Source of the DNA: an uncultured Chloroflexia bacterium
GTDB lineage: Bacteria; Chloroflexota; Anaerolineae; CG2-30-64-16
DNA length: 64,000 nucleotides
Direction of reading: 5' to 3'
NCBI GenBank assembly: GCA_963774265.1
Contig: CAVZDU010000007.1
Span: 320,001 to 384,000, forward strand
Below the pieces are notes generated by a model, which was not told the DNA's origin, did not search any database, and was given only the letters and a program-made list of their open reading frames with translations. Shown here piece by piece: positions 1 through 15,502 of the stretch; positions within the stretch are counted from its first letter, which is position 1; each line of letters starts with the position of its first letter. The position numbers and the translations under genes were made by a program.

Positions 1-1476
1 GTAACCCACGGGCAAGCGCTCGATGAACGGGTGTGCGTTGGCGAGCTGGCTTGCCTCTTCGACCTCGTCGTCGGTTGCCTCAGGGCGGCCAAAGCGAATA
101 TTGTCCGCGATAGTCCCGCTGAACAAGAACGCATCCTGTGGCACGAGGCCGAACTGCCGCCGCAGCGATGCCTGGGTCACTGTGCGAACGTCGATCCCAT
201 CGATCAGCACCACACCCTCCGTCGCGTCGTATAATCGCGCGACCAGATTGGCGATGGAGGTCTTTCCCGCACCTGTTGGGCCCACCAGCGCGACTGTCTG
301 CCCGGGTTCAATTTGCAGGTTCACCTCGTGTAGTACATACTCATCGCCCCGGTAGGCGAAGGATACATCCCGCAACTCGATCTCCCCCTTGATGGCCGGC
401 ATCTCTTCCCCGGTGAGGGGATCGCTTACCAGCGGCGTCGCATCGAGCAATTCCAGGACACGTTCACCCCCCGCCATGGCTGCCTGCATCGTAGTATAAA
501 GTTGACTGAGCTCCTGTATGGGCTGGAAGAAGCGTGCAACGTACGCCAGGAATGCGACAATCACGCCTAGCGTCAACGCTTCCTCCGCCACCGCGCGCCC
601 TCCGAACCACAGCACGATCGCAGTCGCCAGCATTCCCAGGAATTCCACTGCGGGCAAGAACACGAAGGACAGGGTCATTGCCCCGATATTCGCATCACGC
701 GAAGCGGCGTTGACCCGGTCGAACCGCTCCTCGGACGCTGACTCCTGCGCGAAGGCCTGTATCACCCGTATGCCGGTGATGTCCTCTGCCAGGTCGCCGA
801 TGACCGCCGCGACCCGGGTGCGTGTCTCGCGAAATGCCGTCTGGGCGCGCCGGGTGAAGAGCCATGTGGCCATTACCATCAGGGGCAGCACTGAAAACGC
901 CAGAAGCGCCAGCTTCGGGCTCATTTGCAGCATTACGACGACGATACCGATCAGCACCAGAGAGTCGCCGATGAGGGTCACCATCCCTTGTGAAAGCAGC
1001 TCGTTGATGACGCTGACATCACTGATGACGCGTGAGATTGTCACGCCTACGATGTGTGTATCGTGATAACCCAGGTGCAGCACCTGCAAATGGCGGAAGA
1101 GCTGTCCTCGCAGGGTTGTCAGCACCCGCTGCCCGACCCAACTTAACAAATACTGCTGCCCCTGCGATACACCGAAGAGCGCGACGAAGGTCAGCGCGAG
1201 CTGACCTGCGGTGCGCCACAAGCCGGGCAGGTCACCGCCGTTGATATTTGTGTCAATGGCGACTTTGATGAGGTAGGGCGCGAGGATCGACAGCCCTGAT
1301 CCAACCAGCATGAGAACCAGCGCGAGCAACATCCGCCGCCGGTGAGGTTTGAGATACGCGAGCAAGCGCAGCGCGATGCGCCGGTCGAAGGGTTTCCCTC
1401 CTGAATTCCCGCCGAAGCTTTCCAGAACCCCTGCCGGCCCCATTCCGGGACCGGTCGAACCGATCGATACGGTCAT
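1..1476 (-). CDS. ABC exporter, fused permease/ATPase (heterodimer half), runs off the window edge
   Basis: Manual translation from ATG at 1476 (ATGA overlap with upstream gene) gives MTVSIGSTGPGMG..., TM helices, then Walker A region LVGPTGAGKT and VPQDAFLF near the left edge. Confidence 0.85.
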   Translation of the reverse strand, partial: MTVSIGSTGPGMGPAGVLESFGGNSGGKPFDRRIALRLLAYLKPHRRRMLLALVLMLVGSGLSILAPYLIKVAIDTNINGGDLPGLWRTAGQLALTFVALFGVSQGQQYLLSWVGQRVLTTLRGQLFRHLQVLHLGYHDTHIVGVTISRVISDVSVINELLSQGMVTLIGDSLVLIGIVVVMLQMSPKLALLAFSVLPLMVMATWLFTRRAQTAFRETRTRVAAVIGDLAEDITGIRVIQAFAQESASEERFDRVNAASRDANIGAMTLSFVFLPAVEFLGMLATAIVLWFGGRAVAEEALTLGVIVAFLAYVARFFQPIQELSQLYTTMQAAMAGGERVLELLDATPLVSDPLTGEEMPAIKGEIELRDVSFAYRGDEYVLHEVNLQIEPGQTVALVGPTGAGKTSIANLVARLYDATEGVVLIDGIDVRTVTQASLRRQFGLVPQDAFLFSGTIADNIRFGRPEATDDEVEEASQLANAHPFIERLPVGY

Positions 1477-3240
1477 TTCCGCTCTTCTGCCACCTGATGT
1501 TGATAGACTTCGGCATACAGCCCCGATGTCTGCAGCAGCTCGGCGTGCGTGCCACGCGCCACGATACGGCCGCTGTCCAGCACGAGGATCAGATCAGCGC
1601 TGCGAAGCGTACTGAGTCGCTGGGCAATGACAAATGACGTTCGACTTGTCATCAGAGTTGTGAGCGCCTCCTGGATCAGCTGTTCGGTCTCAGTGTCAAC
1701 GCTCGACGTCGCGTCGTCCAGAATCAGGATGCGCGGATCCTTCAACAGGGCCCGCGCGATGGCCACGCGCTGTCGTTGTCCGCCCGATAATGTAACGCCG
1801 CGCTCTCCCACCGTAGTGTCGTAGCCCTGCGGCATGGCCATAACAAACTCATGCGCTTGCGCCGCTTGTGCGGCTGCGATTACCTCATCCAGCGTAGCCC
1901 CTGGCCGGCCAAACGCGATATTCTCCCGCACGCTCCCGGCAAACAGCAGGGTCTCCTGCAACACGATGCCTACCTGGTCCCTGAGCGAGTTCAGGGTTAC
2001 CTTTCTGATGTCGTGCCCATCCACAGTGATGCGGCCTGCGGTTGGATCGTAGAACCGCGGGATCAGATTGATGATCGTTGACTTGCCAGAACCCGTTGCG
2101 CCGAGCAGCGCAATTACCTGTCCGGGTGACGCCTCGAAAGTTACATCGGAAAGCACCGCGTGCCGTCCGAAGTAAGCAAAATGCACCGCCTCGAACCGGA
2201 CCAGGCCTTTCACAGGCGGCAGCAGCGTGGCATCGGGATCATCACTTACCTCAGATTGTGCATCAAGTATCTCGAAGATGCGCTCGCCAGCAGCCGATGC
2301 CATCGCCAATGCCGGGATGATGTTGCCGATCCGCCTGACCGGCGACACAAGCTGGCTCAGGTACGTGGTAAAGGCGACCAGTTCGCCCAGGGTCAACCGT
2401 CCCTGAATAGCGAGCCATCCGCCTACGCCAATCGCGGCTGCTGTGCCCAGATTTGCGATGAGCGCAAGCTGGGGATCGTTGCGCGCCTGCAGCGCCGCCT
2501 GTTGCGCTGAGAGCTCAAACCAACGGTCGTTTTCCGCGTCGAAGCGGCGGATCTCAGCGTCCTCCTGGGCGAAGGCTTTGACGATGCGCCGCGCCGCGCA
2601 GATTCTGTTCCAACCGGGTCGTGATTTCCGCCAGTTGGCGTTGGATGCGCAATCCCAAGGGGCGTAATTGCCGCCCAAAGTGGAACGCGCTCAACGCCAG
2701 GAGGGGGATGATGAGCATGGTCAGCGCCGCGAGCTGAGTGTTCATGGTGAACAGGATGATGACAGTGGCCACTGCCAGGACGATGCCCTCGGCTAGCCGC
2801 AACACCGCGCGACCCGTGAGAAAGCGGATACGCTCGACGTCCTGCACAGCACGGGACAGCAGTTGCCCCGTTTCGGCCCGGTCGTGATAGGAGAATGAGA
2901 GCGCGGCCAGTTTGCGATGGATCTCGCGCCTCAGATCATACGCCACACCCTGGGACGCTATCTCGGTCCACCGGCCCTCAACGAAAAGGGCCGCGCCTTT
3001 GAGCAGGGTCAAGCCCAGCAGCACGAGCACCGTCTGCAGCAGGAGGGGTAGGTTGCGACCGCCGATGCCTTTGTCCACGATATATCGGATTAACTGGGGG
3101 ATGAGCACTGCCAGACCCGTTGCTGCGAGCATGCCCGCATACGCGCCCGCCGTGAGCCGCCAGTACGGTCGGAGGCGAGCAAGTGCGCGGACAAGGATCG
3201 GCGACTGCGGAGTTGTCAGTTCTGGCTGTCGGCTTGGCAT
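1473..3240 (-). CDS. ABC exporter, fused permease/ATPase, one frameshift near 2590
   Basis: ORF 2554..3372 (TM domain) plus ORF 1473..2678 (GATGSGKS, LSGGQRQR, ILILDD); frames join at LEQNLRG / RIVKAFAQE. Confidence 0.88.
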
Positions 3241-3480
3241 TGGAATCATGGGACGGGTATGGCGCAGCGTCTGCATGATGAGGTGCTGACCCTGGCGCGG
3301 GATGCGCTTTGCAGCAAGGACGCTCGTGGTGGGCGTGCCGGCAGAGCGCCGCCCGGTTGGGGGCGCGACCAAGGCCGCTGCCTTTCAGCATGCGCAGCGT
3401 GCTTTCACCGGCGATGTGACTTGCCGCCACCCCTAATTCCGGGCGCCCTTTGCGCTGATCGGGGACACGGCAAGCCTTTC

Positions 3481-4203
3481 CTACTCAAACGGATACATCT
3501 TCCCGATGAACGCCTTGTCCGTCTCCGACAGTTCGGTGTTCCACCCGACCGAGAAATCCCCCACCGTGATTTCCTCAGGCACCGGGTACATCATAATCGA
3601 CTTTGGGTCGAACTGGCTGTATTGCGTCGACGGCAGGTTGTAGTGCTGGAAGACCTGGAAGTCAACCTCTTCGCGGCTCCAGCCGTTCTGCGCATAATAG
3701 GCGTAGGCCTTCTCCTTATCCCAAGGCACGCCGCCCTGGGGATGCTGATGCTCATGGATGCAGCCCAGCGCGTGGCCGAACTCGTGCAAAACTACCCTGC
3801 TATACTCGGCATCGCCGGTCGAAGGGGTAAGCCAGCCGTAGTTCATTGTGGGCGCGTACTGGTTAAACCAGTGAATCAGGTTGCTCGTCCCCATGTACGA
3901 CCACGAGCCGGCGTCTTCGATGAACGCGATGCGCAGGAACGCCGGCCCCTCAGTGACGAACTTGAACTTGATGTTGGCGTACTGCTCCCACTGATGGGCA
4001 TAATGCTCCACGCGTTCCTGCACCGCCTTCTCGCCGCCGAGGAAGCGTATAGATAACGTGCTTCCTTTGCGCCAGGGACGCATCACCGCCATCTCGTAGG
4101 GATCTGGGTCTGCCAGGCCCATATCGACTGCCACGCGATTTGCCGCCACAATCATATCGGGCGGCAACACCTTGGTGTCGATGCACATTTTGATTGTACG
4201 CAT
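3481..4203 (-). CDS. Zinc metallopeptidase, astacin/M12-like metzincin
   Basis: HEFGHALGCIHEH zinc motif, SIMMY Met-turn, GSWSYMG; GGAGG RBS before ATG 4203. Confidence 0.85.
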   Translation of the reverse strand: MRTIKMCIDTKVLPPDMIVAANRVAVDMGLADPDPYEMAVMRPWRKGSTLSIRFLGGEKAVQERVEHYAHQWEQYANIKFKFVTEGPAFLRIAFIEDAGSWSYMGTSNLIHWFNQYAPTMNYGWLTPSTGDAEYSRVVLHEFGHALGCIHEHQHPQGGVPWDKEKAYAYYAQNGWSREEVDFQVFQHYNLPSTQYSQFDPKSIMMYPVPEEITVGDFSVGWNTELSETDKAFIGKMYPFE

Positions 4204-4223
4204 AGCTATGCCTCCCATCGTAA

Positions 4224-4270
4224 GGGCGGGTCTTGGATTGTGAAACATCCCTGTGGGATTCGACCCGCCC
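4224..4270. repeat. REP-like inverted repeat
   Basis: GGGCGGGTC (4224-4232) and GACCCGCCC (4262-4270), intergenic. Confidence 0.4.
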
Positions 4271-4304
4271 AAGCTAGAACGCGCCACAGGCTGTTCCAGG
4301 CCCG

Positions 4305-4514
4305 CTACTTCTGGCCGAATAGCCCGCCCAGCATCCCGCCAAGCCCCCCAAGCCCGTTCAAGTCGGTCTTGCCGGAGATCACCCCGTCAACCTGTGAGGC
4401 GAGAGCCGGTGGCAATTTCGCCTTCGTATAATCGATCACAGTGTCCACGGCGATGCGCGCCTGTGCCTCGGTGATGCCTGCCTTAGTGGAAACCTGCTTG
4501 ATCAATTCGTCCAC
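4305..4514 (-). CDS. Small DUF2267-like protein
   Basis: MDELIKQVSTKAGITEAQARIAVDTV...LPP, glycine-rich tail; GTG start with GGAGG RBS. Confidence 0.7.
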   Translation of the reverse strand: MDELIKQVSTKAGITEAQARIAVDTVIDYTKAKLPPALASQVDGVISGKTDLNGLGGLGGMLGGLFGQK

Positions 4515-4687
4515 GATTCAACCTCCCGAAAAAGTATGTTCACGGCTGCCGGTGCAGTTGGCACAGTATCGCGCCCAATGAGACGCAGCAGTGTATGTCG
4601 GGTTCCCAACAGGAGTAACGCAGCTCGAACACAGTCGGGGTCCTGTGCGGAATAGGGTGCAACCAGACCGGGGAGCGCCTGGAGGTA

Positions 4688-5731
4688 TTACGGCGCGGTC
4701 GTTGGCGCTGGCTGCGGAACCCTGAACCCAGGTGGTGGGGCCGGACACTTGCCTTTTGTTTTTCTAAGATCAACAAGCGGCCTGGCCGTGAACAGTTCGC
4801 CGAGGCGCTTGTTGAGGCTCTCCTGGTCCTTGATAACCAGCACCGACGCACCACCCTTGGTGACAAGTGGCTTGATGACATCCTGATCCAACGCTGCGCC
4901 ATGCACGTTTCCCGGCTCCAGGGACAAAGCGAGCCGGCTGAGGCCGATGACGTCCAGCACATTCAGATCGGTCTTGAATGAGCCGCTGAGAGCCTTCCAC
5001 AATTGGGGAATACGCGGGATAATGTCCAGATTCTTCGCGCGGTTGCGGATCGCCCAGATGAGCAACTGCTGCCGCTGGGCGCGACCGAAATCGCTCGTCA
5101 GATAACGATAGGTGGCAAATTTGCGCGCGTCTGCCCCGTTCAGCTTGACCTCACCGGCGGGCAGCGACCAATTCACCATCCGGTCGGGGTTTTTGGGGTC
5201 CGGCGTCTGCTCGTAGAGTGGGCAATCCAGCTTGACTGTGATTCCGTCCAGCGCGTTGACCAGTTGCTCCAGCCCGTCCATCTTGATCAACACCACGTGG
5301 CTGATGGGCACGCCCAGCGTTTTTTCGACCACTTGTTTGGCGAGAGCCGCGCCCCCGCCCTTGAGTTTCTTGTAGTCACCAACAAAGTACGCGTTGTTGA
5401 TGCGGTCGGCGCCCCAACCCGGGATATCCACCCACAGGTCGCGCGGGATGCTCAGCACGCCAATTTGCTGGGCGTCATGGTCAATCGCGACCAGCATGAT
5501 CGAGTCAGTGTGCATCATCCAGGGGCCCGGCCGCACGTCGGCGCCCAGCACCAGAAAGTTCTCGGTGCGGGCGAGGCGTGTGGGATCAGGAGTGGGCGAG
5601 GGCAATATCGGGACAGCCGTCGGCCCAGGAGGTGTAACGGTTTGTGCACCTGCGAGCGGCGCAAAAAACGAGCCGATCAGCAAGGCAAGCAGCGCTATGG
5701 GGAGGCCGAGCTTCGAAATGGGTCGAGACAT
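4688..5731 (-). CDS. LCP (LytR-CpsA-Psr) family glycopolymer transferase
   Basis: NFLVLGAD, TDSIML, LSIPRDLWV, RINNAY, DFGRAQRQQ; N-terminal TM/signal segment. Confidence 0.9.
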   Translation of the reverse strand: MSRPISKLGLPIALLALLIGSFFAPLAGAQTVTPPGPTAVPILPSPTPDPTRLARTENFLVLGADVRPGPWMMHTDSIMLVAIDHDAQQIGVLSIPRDLWVDIPGWGADRINNAYFVGDYKKLKGGGAALAKQVVEKTLGVPISHVVLIKMDGLEQLVNALDGITVKLDCPLYEQTPDPKNPDRMVNWSLPAGEVKLNGADARKFATYRYLTSDFGRAQRQQLLIWAIRNRAKNLDIIPRIPQLWKALSGSFKTDLNVLDVIGLSRLALSLEPGNVHGAALDQDVIKPLVTKGGASVLVIKDQESLNKRLGELFTARPLVDLRKTKGKCPAPPPGFRVPQPAPTTAP

Positions 5732-5781
5732 GGAATCACTTTTGCTGATGTTGATATATGATCCAATTATATCCCAAGAAG

Positions 5782-5816
5782 AACAAACCCGGTCTCTGTC
5801 GGAAACCGGGTTTGTT
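5782..5816 (-). terminator. Intrinsic terminator-like hairpin after gnd
   Basis: AACAAACCCGGT ... ACCGGGTTTGTT 12-bp stem about 30 nt past the gnd stop. Confidence 0.6.
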
Positions 5817-5847
5817 TCGCCATCCAGGTCGTTCGATATCGGGTGAT

Positions 5848-7308
<1,461 letters not shown>

Positions 7309-7375
7309 ACGAGTTCCTTTCTGATAACTGATAGCAGGGTGCCGAAGGATCCAAGAAGTCGGACCCCACCGCACG

Positions 7376-8641
7376 TCAGATGTGCGCGGTAGGGGGCTTT
7401 CGCAAGAAGGTATCCACCAGGAGCATGGCCGCACCCAACATGGACGTATATGGCTCGTAAGTGGCGCGTCGAATAACTGGCGGAGTAAGTCCCCGTGCCC
7501 GCAGTTGCCTGCGGACCGCTTCTGCAATGCTGAGATCAGCGATGTCCATGAGAGATTCCATTCGCTGCTGAAACGCCGTCGGTAAACCCACATTCGCAAA
7601 CCCAATGAGCACCAGTTCGGGATCGAAGAGATAGATCAGGTTGAGGATGCCGGGCGCGTGGCTCTGCGTGATGGTACTCTTGAACACCTCCGCCGCCAGC
7701 CGATCTCCCTCCAACGCCGCCTGGTGGATGATTCGATGATTCTGCCTTTCCTCGTCCGAAAGCCCCTGTAACACACTCGGCTCGCCGCTTGCCAGCCGCG
7801 CGCTGACGAGCGCAGCCTCGCGAGCCACGTCCGCCTGGGCCTGCCAGCAGCCGCGCTGCCCGCAAGAACACACTTCGCCATTGGGATCCAGGATCATATG
7901 CCCTGCATCTACCGCCAGCCCATGGGCGCCGCGAAACAGAGCGCCATCGATCATGACGGCCGCATCGAGGCTGGAGCCTATGTCTGTGCCCATGCTGACG
8001 TATACGAAGTCCTTGACACCCCTCGCTGCACCGCGGAGCGCTTCAGTCATCGCGGCCGAGCGCGCCTTGTTCTCCACCATGACGGGCAGCGAAAAGCGCG
8101 TCTCCCATCGCGGCTTGAGGAGGGTGTCCTTCCAGCCCAACGCGGACGCACGGATGATCATGCCCCGCTCGGAATCAACCATGCCCGGCGCTGCGACCCC
8201 GATCCCTAGCAGGGGCAGCGCGCGCAGGTGCGCCTGTTCGATCGCGGCGGCCAGCAGCGCTTCCGCCTGCCCCAGTATCGCTTCTTGCTCGAGCTCCGGG
8301 AGGGCGGGGACGGTCTGCCGCCACAATGCTTCGCCGCAAAGGTCGGCAAGGAGGACTGAGACGTAGTTTGTGCTGATCTCCAGTCCGATCGTGCCACGCC
8401 CCTGTGCGTTAAGCGCAAGCAGACTGCCCGGTCTACCGATGCTGGTGCGATCTTGCCCCGCATCACAAATCAGGTTCAGTGCGGTCAGTTCGTCGCAGAT
8501 TGCCGAGACTGTGGCCTTGGTCAGACCATTGCGGTGCGCGAGCATGGCCCTGGACAACGGCGCATTAAGCCAGAGGTCAAGTAGGAGCGCTGAAGTGTTG
8601 TGCTGTCGCGCATTGCGTTGTTGGGTGTACGGTGTCTTCAT
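7376..8641 (-). CDS. ROK family transcriptional repressor (XylR/NagC-like)
   Basis: N-terminal HTH (LSRAMLA..GLTKATVS), GRP, GIGVAAPG, GHM..CSCGQRGCW. Confidence 0.9.
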   Translation of the reverse strand: MKTPYTQQRNARQHNTSALLLDLWLNAPLSRAMLAHRNGLTKATVSAICDELTALNLICDAGQDRTSIGRPGSLLALNAQGRGTIGLEISTNYVSVLLADLCGEALWRQTVPALPELEQEAILGQAEALLAAAIEQAHLRALPLLGIGVAAPGMVDSERGMIIRASALGWKDTLLKPRWETRFSLPVMVENKARSAAMTEALRGAARGVKDFVYVSMGTDIGSSLDAAVMIDGALFRGAHGLAVDAGHMILDPNGEVCSCGQRGCWQAQADVAREAALVSARLASGEPSVLQGLSDEERQNHRIIHQAALEGDRLAAEVFKSTITQSHAPGILNLIYLFDPELVLIGFANVGLPTAFQQRMESLMDIADLSIAEAVRRQLRARGLTPPVIRRATYEPYTSMLGAAMLLVDTFLRKPPTAHI

Positions 8642-8735
8642 CGTGCGCTCTTCAGTTCATAAAGTGCCCTAAATTCAACCATACATACGGAACGTGGTCA
8701 AAGATGCGCGGCCGTAGCGGCTCAACCGCACGGCG

Positions 8736-9311
8736 TCAGGTCTCACGGTCTTGCGGCGGGACGGGCGGCTCTGTCTCGCTTTGGGAGTCATCCAGGTCGG
8801 ACTGGGAACCCTCCCCTTGGGATGCCGTCACTTCCGGACCCTCTGCGATCAATTTTGCAACCTGTCGTTCCCGGTATGATTGATAATCGGTAATCCACCG
8901 GTCATATTCGCCCGTCATCAGCGTCGATGAGATCAAGAAATCGGCGGTGGCGCGATTGCAGGCGGCCGGGATGTTCCAAACGACGGCGATACGCAGCAAA
9001 GCCTTCACGTCGGCGTCGTGGGGCTGCTCGGTGAGCGGATCCCAGAAGAAGATCATGAAGTCAATTGCGCCCTCGGCGATCTTGGCGCCGATCTGCTGAT
9101 CTCCGCCCAATGGACCGCTTTGGAACTTATGGATGGGGGTGTCCAGCACTTCCTCCAGCAGCTTACCTGTGGTGCCGGTGGCAAACAAGTCGTGTTCGAT
9201 CAGGAGAGTTCTGTTCCACTTCGCCCATTCCAGAAGATCCTGCTTCTTATTGTCATGGGCGACCAGGGCGATGCGTTTCTTCTGCCTTAACTTGATGATG
9301 CTCTGTTCCAT
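8736..9311 (-). CDS. mgsA: Methylglyoxal synthase
   Basis: [44 protein letters not shown]. Confidence 0.95.
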   Translation of the reverse strand: MEQSIIKLRQKKRIALVAHDNKKQDLLEWAKWNRTLLIEHDLFATGTTGKLLEEVLDTPIHKFQSGPLGGDQQIGAKIAEGAIDFMIFFWDPLTEQPHDADVKALLRIAVVWNIPAACNRATADFLISSTLMTGEYDRWITDYQSYRERQVAKLIAEGPEVTASQGEGSQSDLDDSQSETEPPVPPQDRET

Positions 9312-9341
9312 GCGCCTCCTTATTCTGTGGCCATGGGAAGG

Positions 9342-9382
9342 AAAAGACAGAAGGAAGAAGGAAGATCTTCCTTCTGTCTTTT
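9342..9382. repeat. 17-bp perfect hairpin built from purine-rich heptamers
   Basis: AAAAGACAGAAGGAAGA / TCTTCCTTCTGTCTTTT between gap and mgsA. Confidence 0.75.
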
Positions 9383-9402
9383 ATCTTTGGGTCCGGCAGG
9401 AC

Positions 9403-10399
9403 CTAGACGGCGATTAGCGCCGCGGTCTCGGCCAGGCGGGTCGAGTAGCCCATCTCGTTGTCGTACCAGGCGGCGACCGAAAGCAGTTCGCTCCTGCACC
9501 GCGGTCAGCGGCAGGTCGACGATCGACGAGTGCGGGTCGCCGACGATGCGCGACGAGGCCCACTCATCCTCCAGGACGCCCATCACGCCCTTGAGCGGCG
9601 CGGCCGCGGCCGCCTTGCGGAAGGCGTCGTTGACCTCTTCCACCGTCACCGGGCGCTCGGTGAGCAGGTTCAGCTCGGCGATGCTGCCGGTGCGGGTGGG
9701 CACGCGGTAGGCCTTGCCGGTGATCTTCAGGCCCTTCCAGATGAACGCCAGCGCGCGCGCCGCGCCCGACGAGGACGGGATGATGTTCTCGGCCGCGGCC
9801 CAGGAGTCGCGGCGATCCTTCATCGGCTGGTCGGTCAGCGACTGGGTGTTGGTGTAGGCGTGCACCGTCGAGAAGAGGCCGTACTTGATGCCGAAGTTCT
9901 CGATCACGACCTTGACCACCGGGGCCAGGGCGTTGGTGGTGCAGCTCGCCATGCTGACGATCTTGTGCTTCGCCGGGTCGAACGTGTCGAGGTTGATGCC
10001 CGGCAGCAGCACCGCGTCGCAGTCGTCCTGCTTCTTGCTCGGCGCGCTGACCAGCACCCGCTTGGCGCCCGCGTCGAGGTGGGCCTGTGCGCCCGGCCGC
10101 GTGGTGGCCCGGCCGGTGCAGTCGATCACCAGGTCGACGCCCAGCGCCTTCCAGTCGGGCAGGGCCTTCATCGAGTCGAAGTAGGGGATCTCGCGGCCGC
10201 CGATGACGAAGCCCTTGTCCGTGGCCTTGACCTCTTCGTGCCAGCGGCCGTAGTTGGAGTCGACCTCGAACAGCGCCGCCAGGGTCGGGACGTCCTTGAT
10301 GTCGGAGATGGAGACCGGCGTGAACAGATTGTTCTTGAGCGCCACCTTCATCAATGAGCGGCCGATGCGGCCAAAACCGTGAATTGCGATTCTAGCCAT
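9403..10399 (-). CDS. gap: Type I glyceraldehyde-3-phosphate dehydrogenase, frameshift near 9490
   Basis: [23 protein letters not shown]; the conserved [12 protein letters not shown] lies in the shifted frame ending at TAG 9403. Confidence 0.9.
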
Positions 10400-10423
10400 G
10401 ATAGTCTCCTTTCGTTTCAGCGA

Positions 10424-11711
10424 TCAGTCGACAATATCGACTACAGGTGCTTGCAAGACGATGGAACCGCCGCTCGGAACCTGCAGCTCGGGGTAGTCTC
10501 CGGCTGCGGTATTCGGGTCGATACGGCAGTTGCGGCCGATAACGGCGTTCTCTGGTATGTGGGCGCGTTTGCCGACAATCGTGATACCGGTGTCGAGGTT
10601 CGCCGGGCTCTAGTTGGTTGGGTGTCATGTCATCGCCAAAACCAACCTTGGCGCCGGCGCCTACCTCGATTTCCTTGTCCAGCACGCACTTGTCAACCAT
10701 AGCGCCGGAGCGGACCACGGTGTCGTTCATGATCACCGAGTTGCTTACCAGGGCGCCGCGCTCGACGCGAACACCGGGTGACAGGACGCTGTTGATAACC
10801 GTGCCGTCGATCACGCAGCCGTTGCAGACCAGGCTGTCGCGTGATTGTCCCGCTGGTCCCAGCTTCACTGCCGGGCGCTCTTCTGAACGCGTGTGGATCA
10901 CCCACTTTGGATCGTACAGATCGAGCTCCGGTTTCTCCGCCACCATCGCGAGGCTGGTTTCCCAGTATGCCTGGATCGTCCCCACATCCACCCAGTACCC
11001 CTCGAACGGATACGCGAACACCTCGTCGTTTTTCACCATCTTCGGGATCAGGTTCTTGCCGAAGTCGTGGGATGAGTTCAGATCCGCTCCGTCGTCTTCC
11101 AGATGCTTCAGCAGGAAGTCCATGTTGAAGACATAGATGCCCATCGACGCCAGGGTGCTCTCCGATTTCTTGGGTTTCTCGGTGAACTTGACGATGCGCT
11201 GGTCCTCGTCGGTGGTCATGATGCCGAAGCGGAAGGTTTCGTTCTCCGGCACATTCATAACAGAGACCGTCAGATCAGCCTTCTTTTCCTCGTGGAAGCG
11301 CAGCAGATCGCGGTAGTCCTGCTTGTAGATGTGGTCGCCCGACAGAATCAGCACAGTGTCACAGCCGCTCTCGGCCATGAAGTTGCGGTTCTGATAGAAC
11401 GCATCCGCGGTGCCTCGATACCAGTTCTGCTCCCCACGCCCGCGATAGGGCTGCCAGAGCTGGACGCCGTTGGGCCAGCGGCGGTTGAGATCCCACGGCT
11501 CGCCGATGCCGATATGCTGCATCAGCGAGTGCGGCCGGTATTGGGTCAACACGGCAACGCGGGAGATGCCCGAGTTGACGGTGTTGGATAACGGGAAATC
11601 GATGATGCGATATTTGCCGGCGAACGGAACCGCGGGCTTGGCCCGCTTCTCGCCCAGTATGCTCAACCGGCTGCCCTGGCCGCCTGCCAGGATCATGGCA
11701 AGTACGTTCAT
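10424..11711 (-). CDS. glgC: Glucose-1-phosphate adenylyltransferase, frameshift near 10600
   Basis: [47 protein letters not shown]; C-terminus [12 protein letters not shown] in another frame. Confidence 0.93.
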
Positions 11712-11729
11712 AGATCCTCCTTTGTGTCA

Positions 11730-11766
11730 TCAGGCGCCCGGCACCTCGCAAGTGCCGGGCGCCTGA
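11730..11766. repeat. AGGTGCCnGGCACCT-family double palindrome (REP-like)
   Basis: TCAGGCGCCCGGCAC-CTCGCAA-GTGCCGGGCGCCTGA; related copies at 31035-31049 and 32985-33017. Confidence 0.7.
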
Positions 11767-11777
11767 GTGCGCGGCGA

Positions 11778-15417
<3,640 letters not shown>

Positions 15418-15434
15418 TGCGTTCCTCCTTTGTT

Positions 15435-15500
15435 TCAAGGTTGGCAGGTTGAAGGTTGGCAGGTCTCCCGAGCTCAACCTATAACCTGCAACCTTCAACC
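15435..15500. repeat. Inverted heptamer-repeat element (AGGTTGA/AGGTTGG vs TCAACCT)
   Basis: caaggttggcaggttgaaggttggcagg ... tcaacctataacctgcaaccttcaacc between glgM and glgE. Confidence 0.75.
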
Positions 15501-15502
15501 CG

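Noticed and set aside
8652-8677. Second ROK operator upstream of the first ROK gene (AGTTCAT..AAATT)
   Set aside because: Only one half-site matches and the spacing is off by one; too weak to call.
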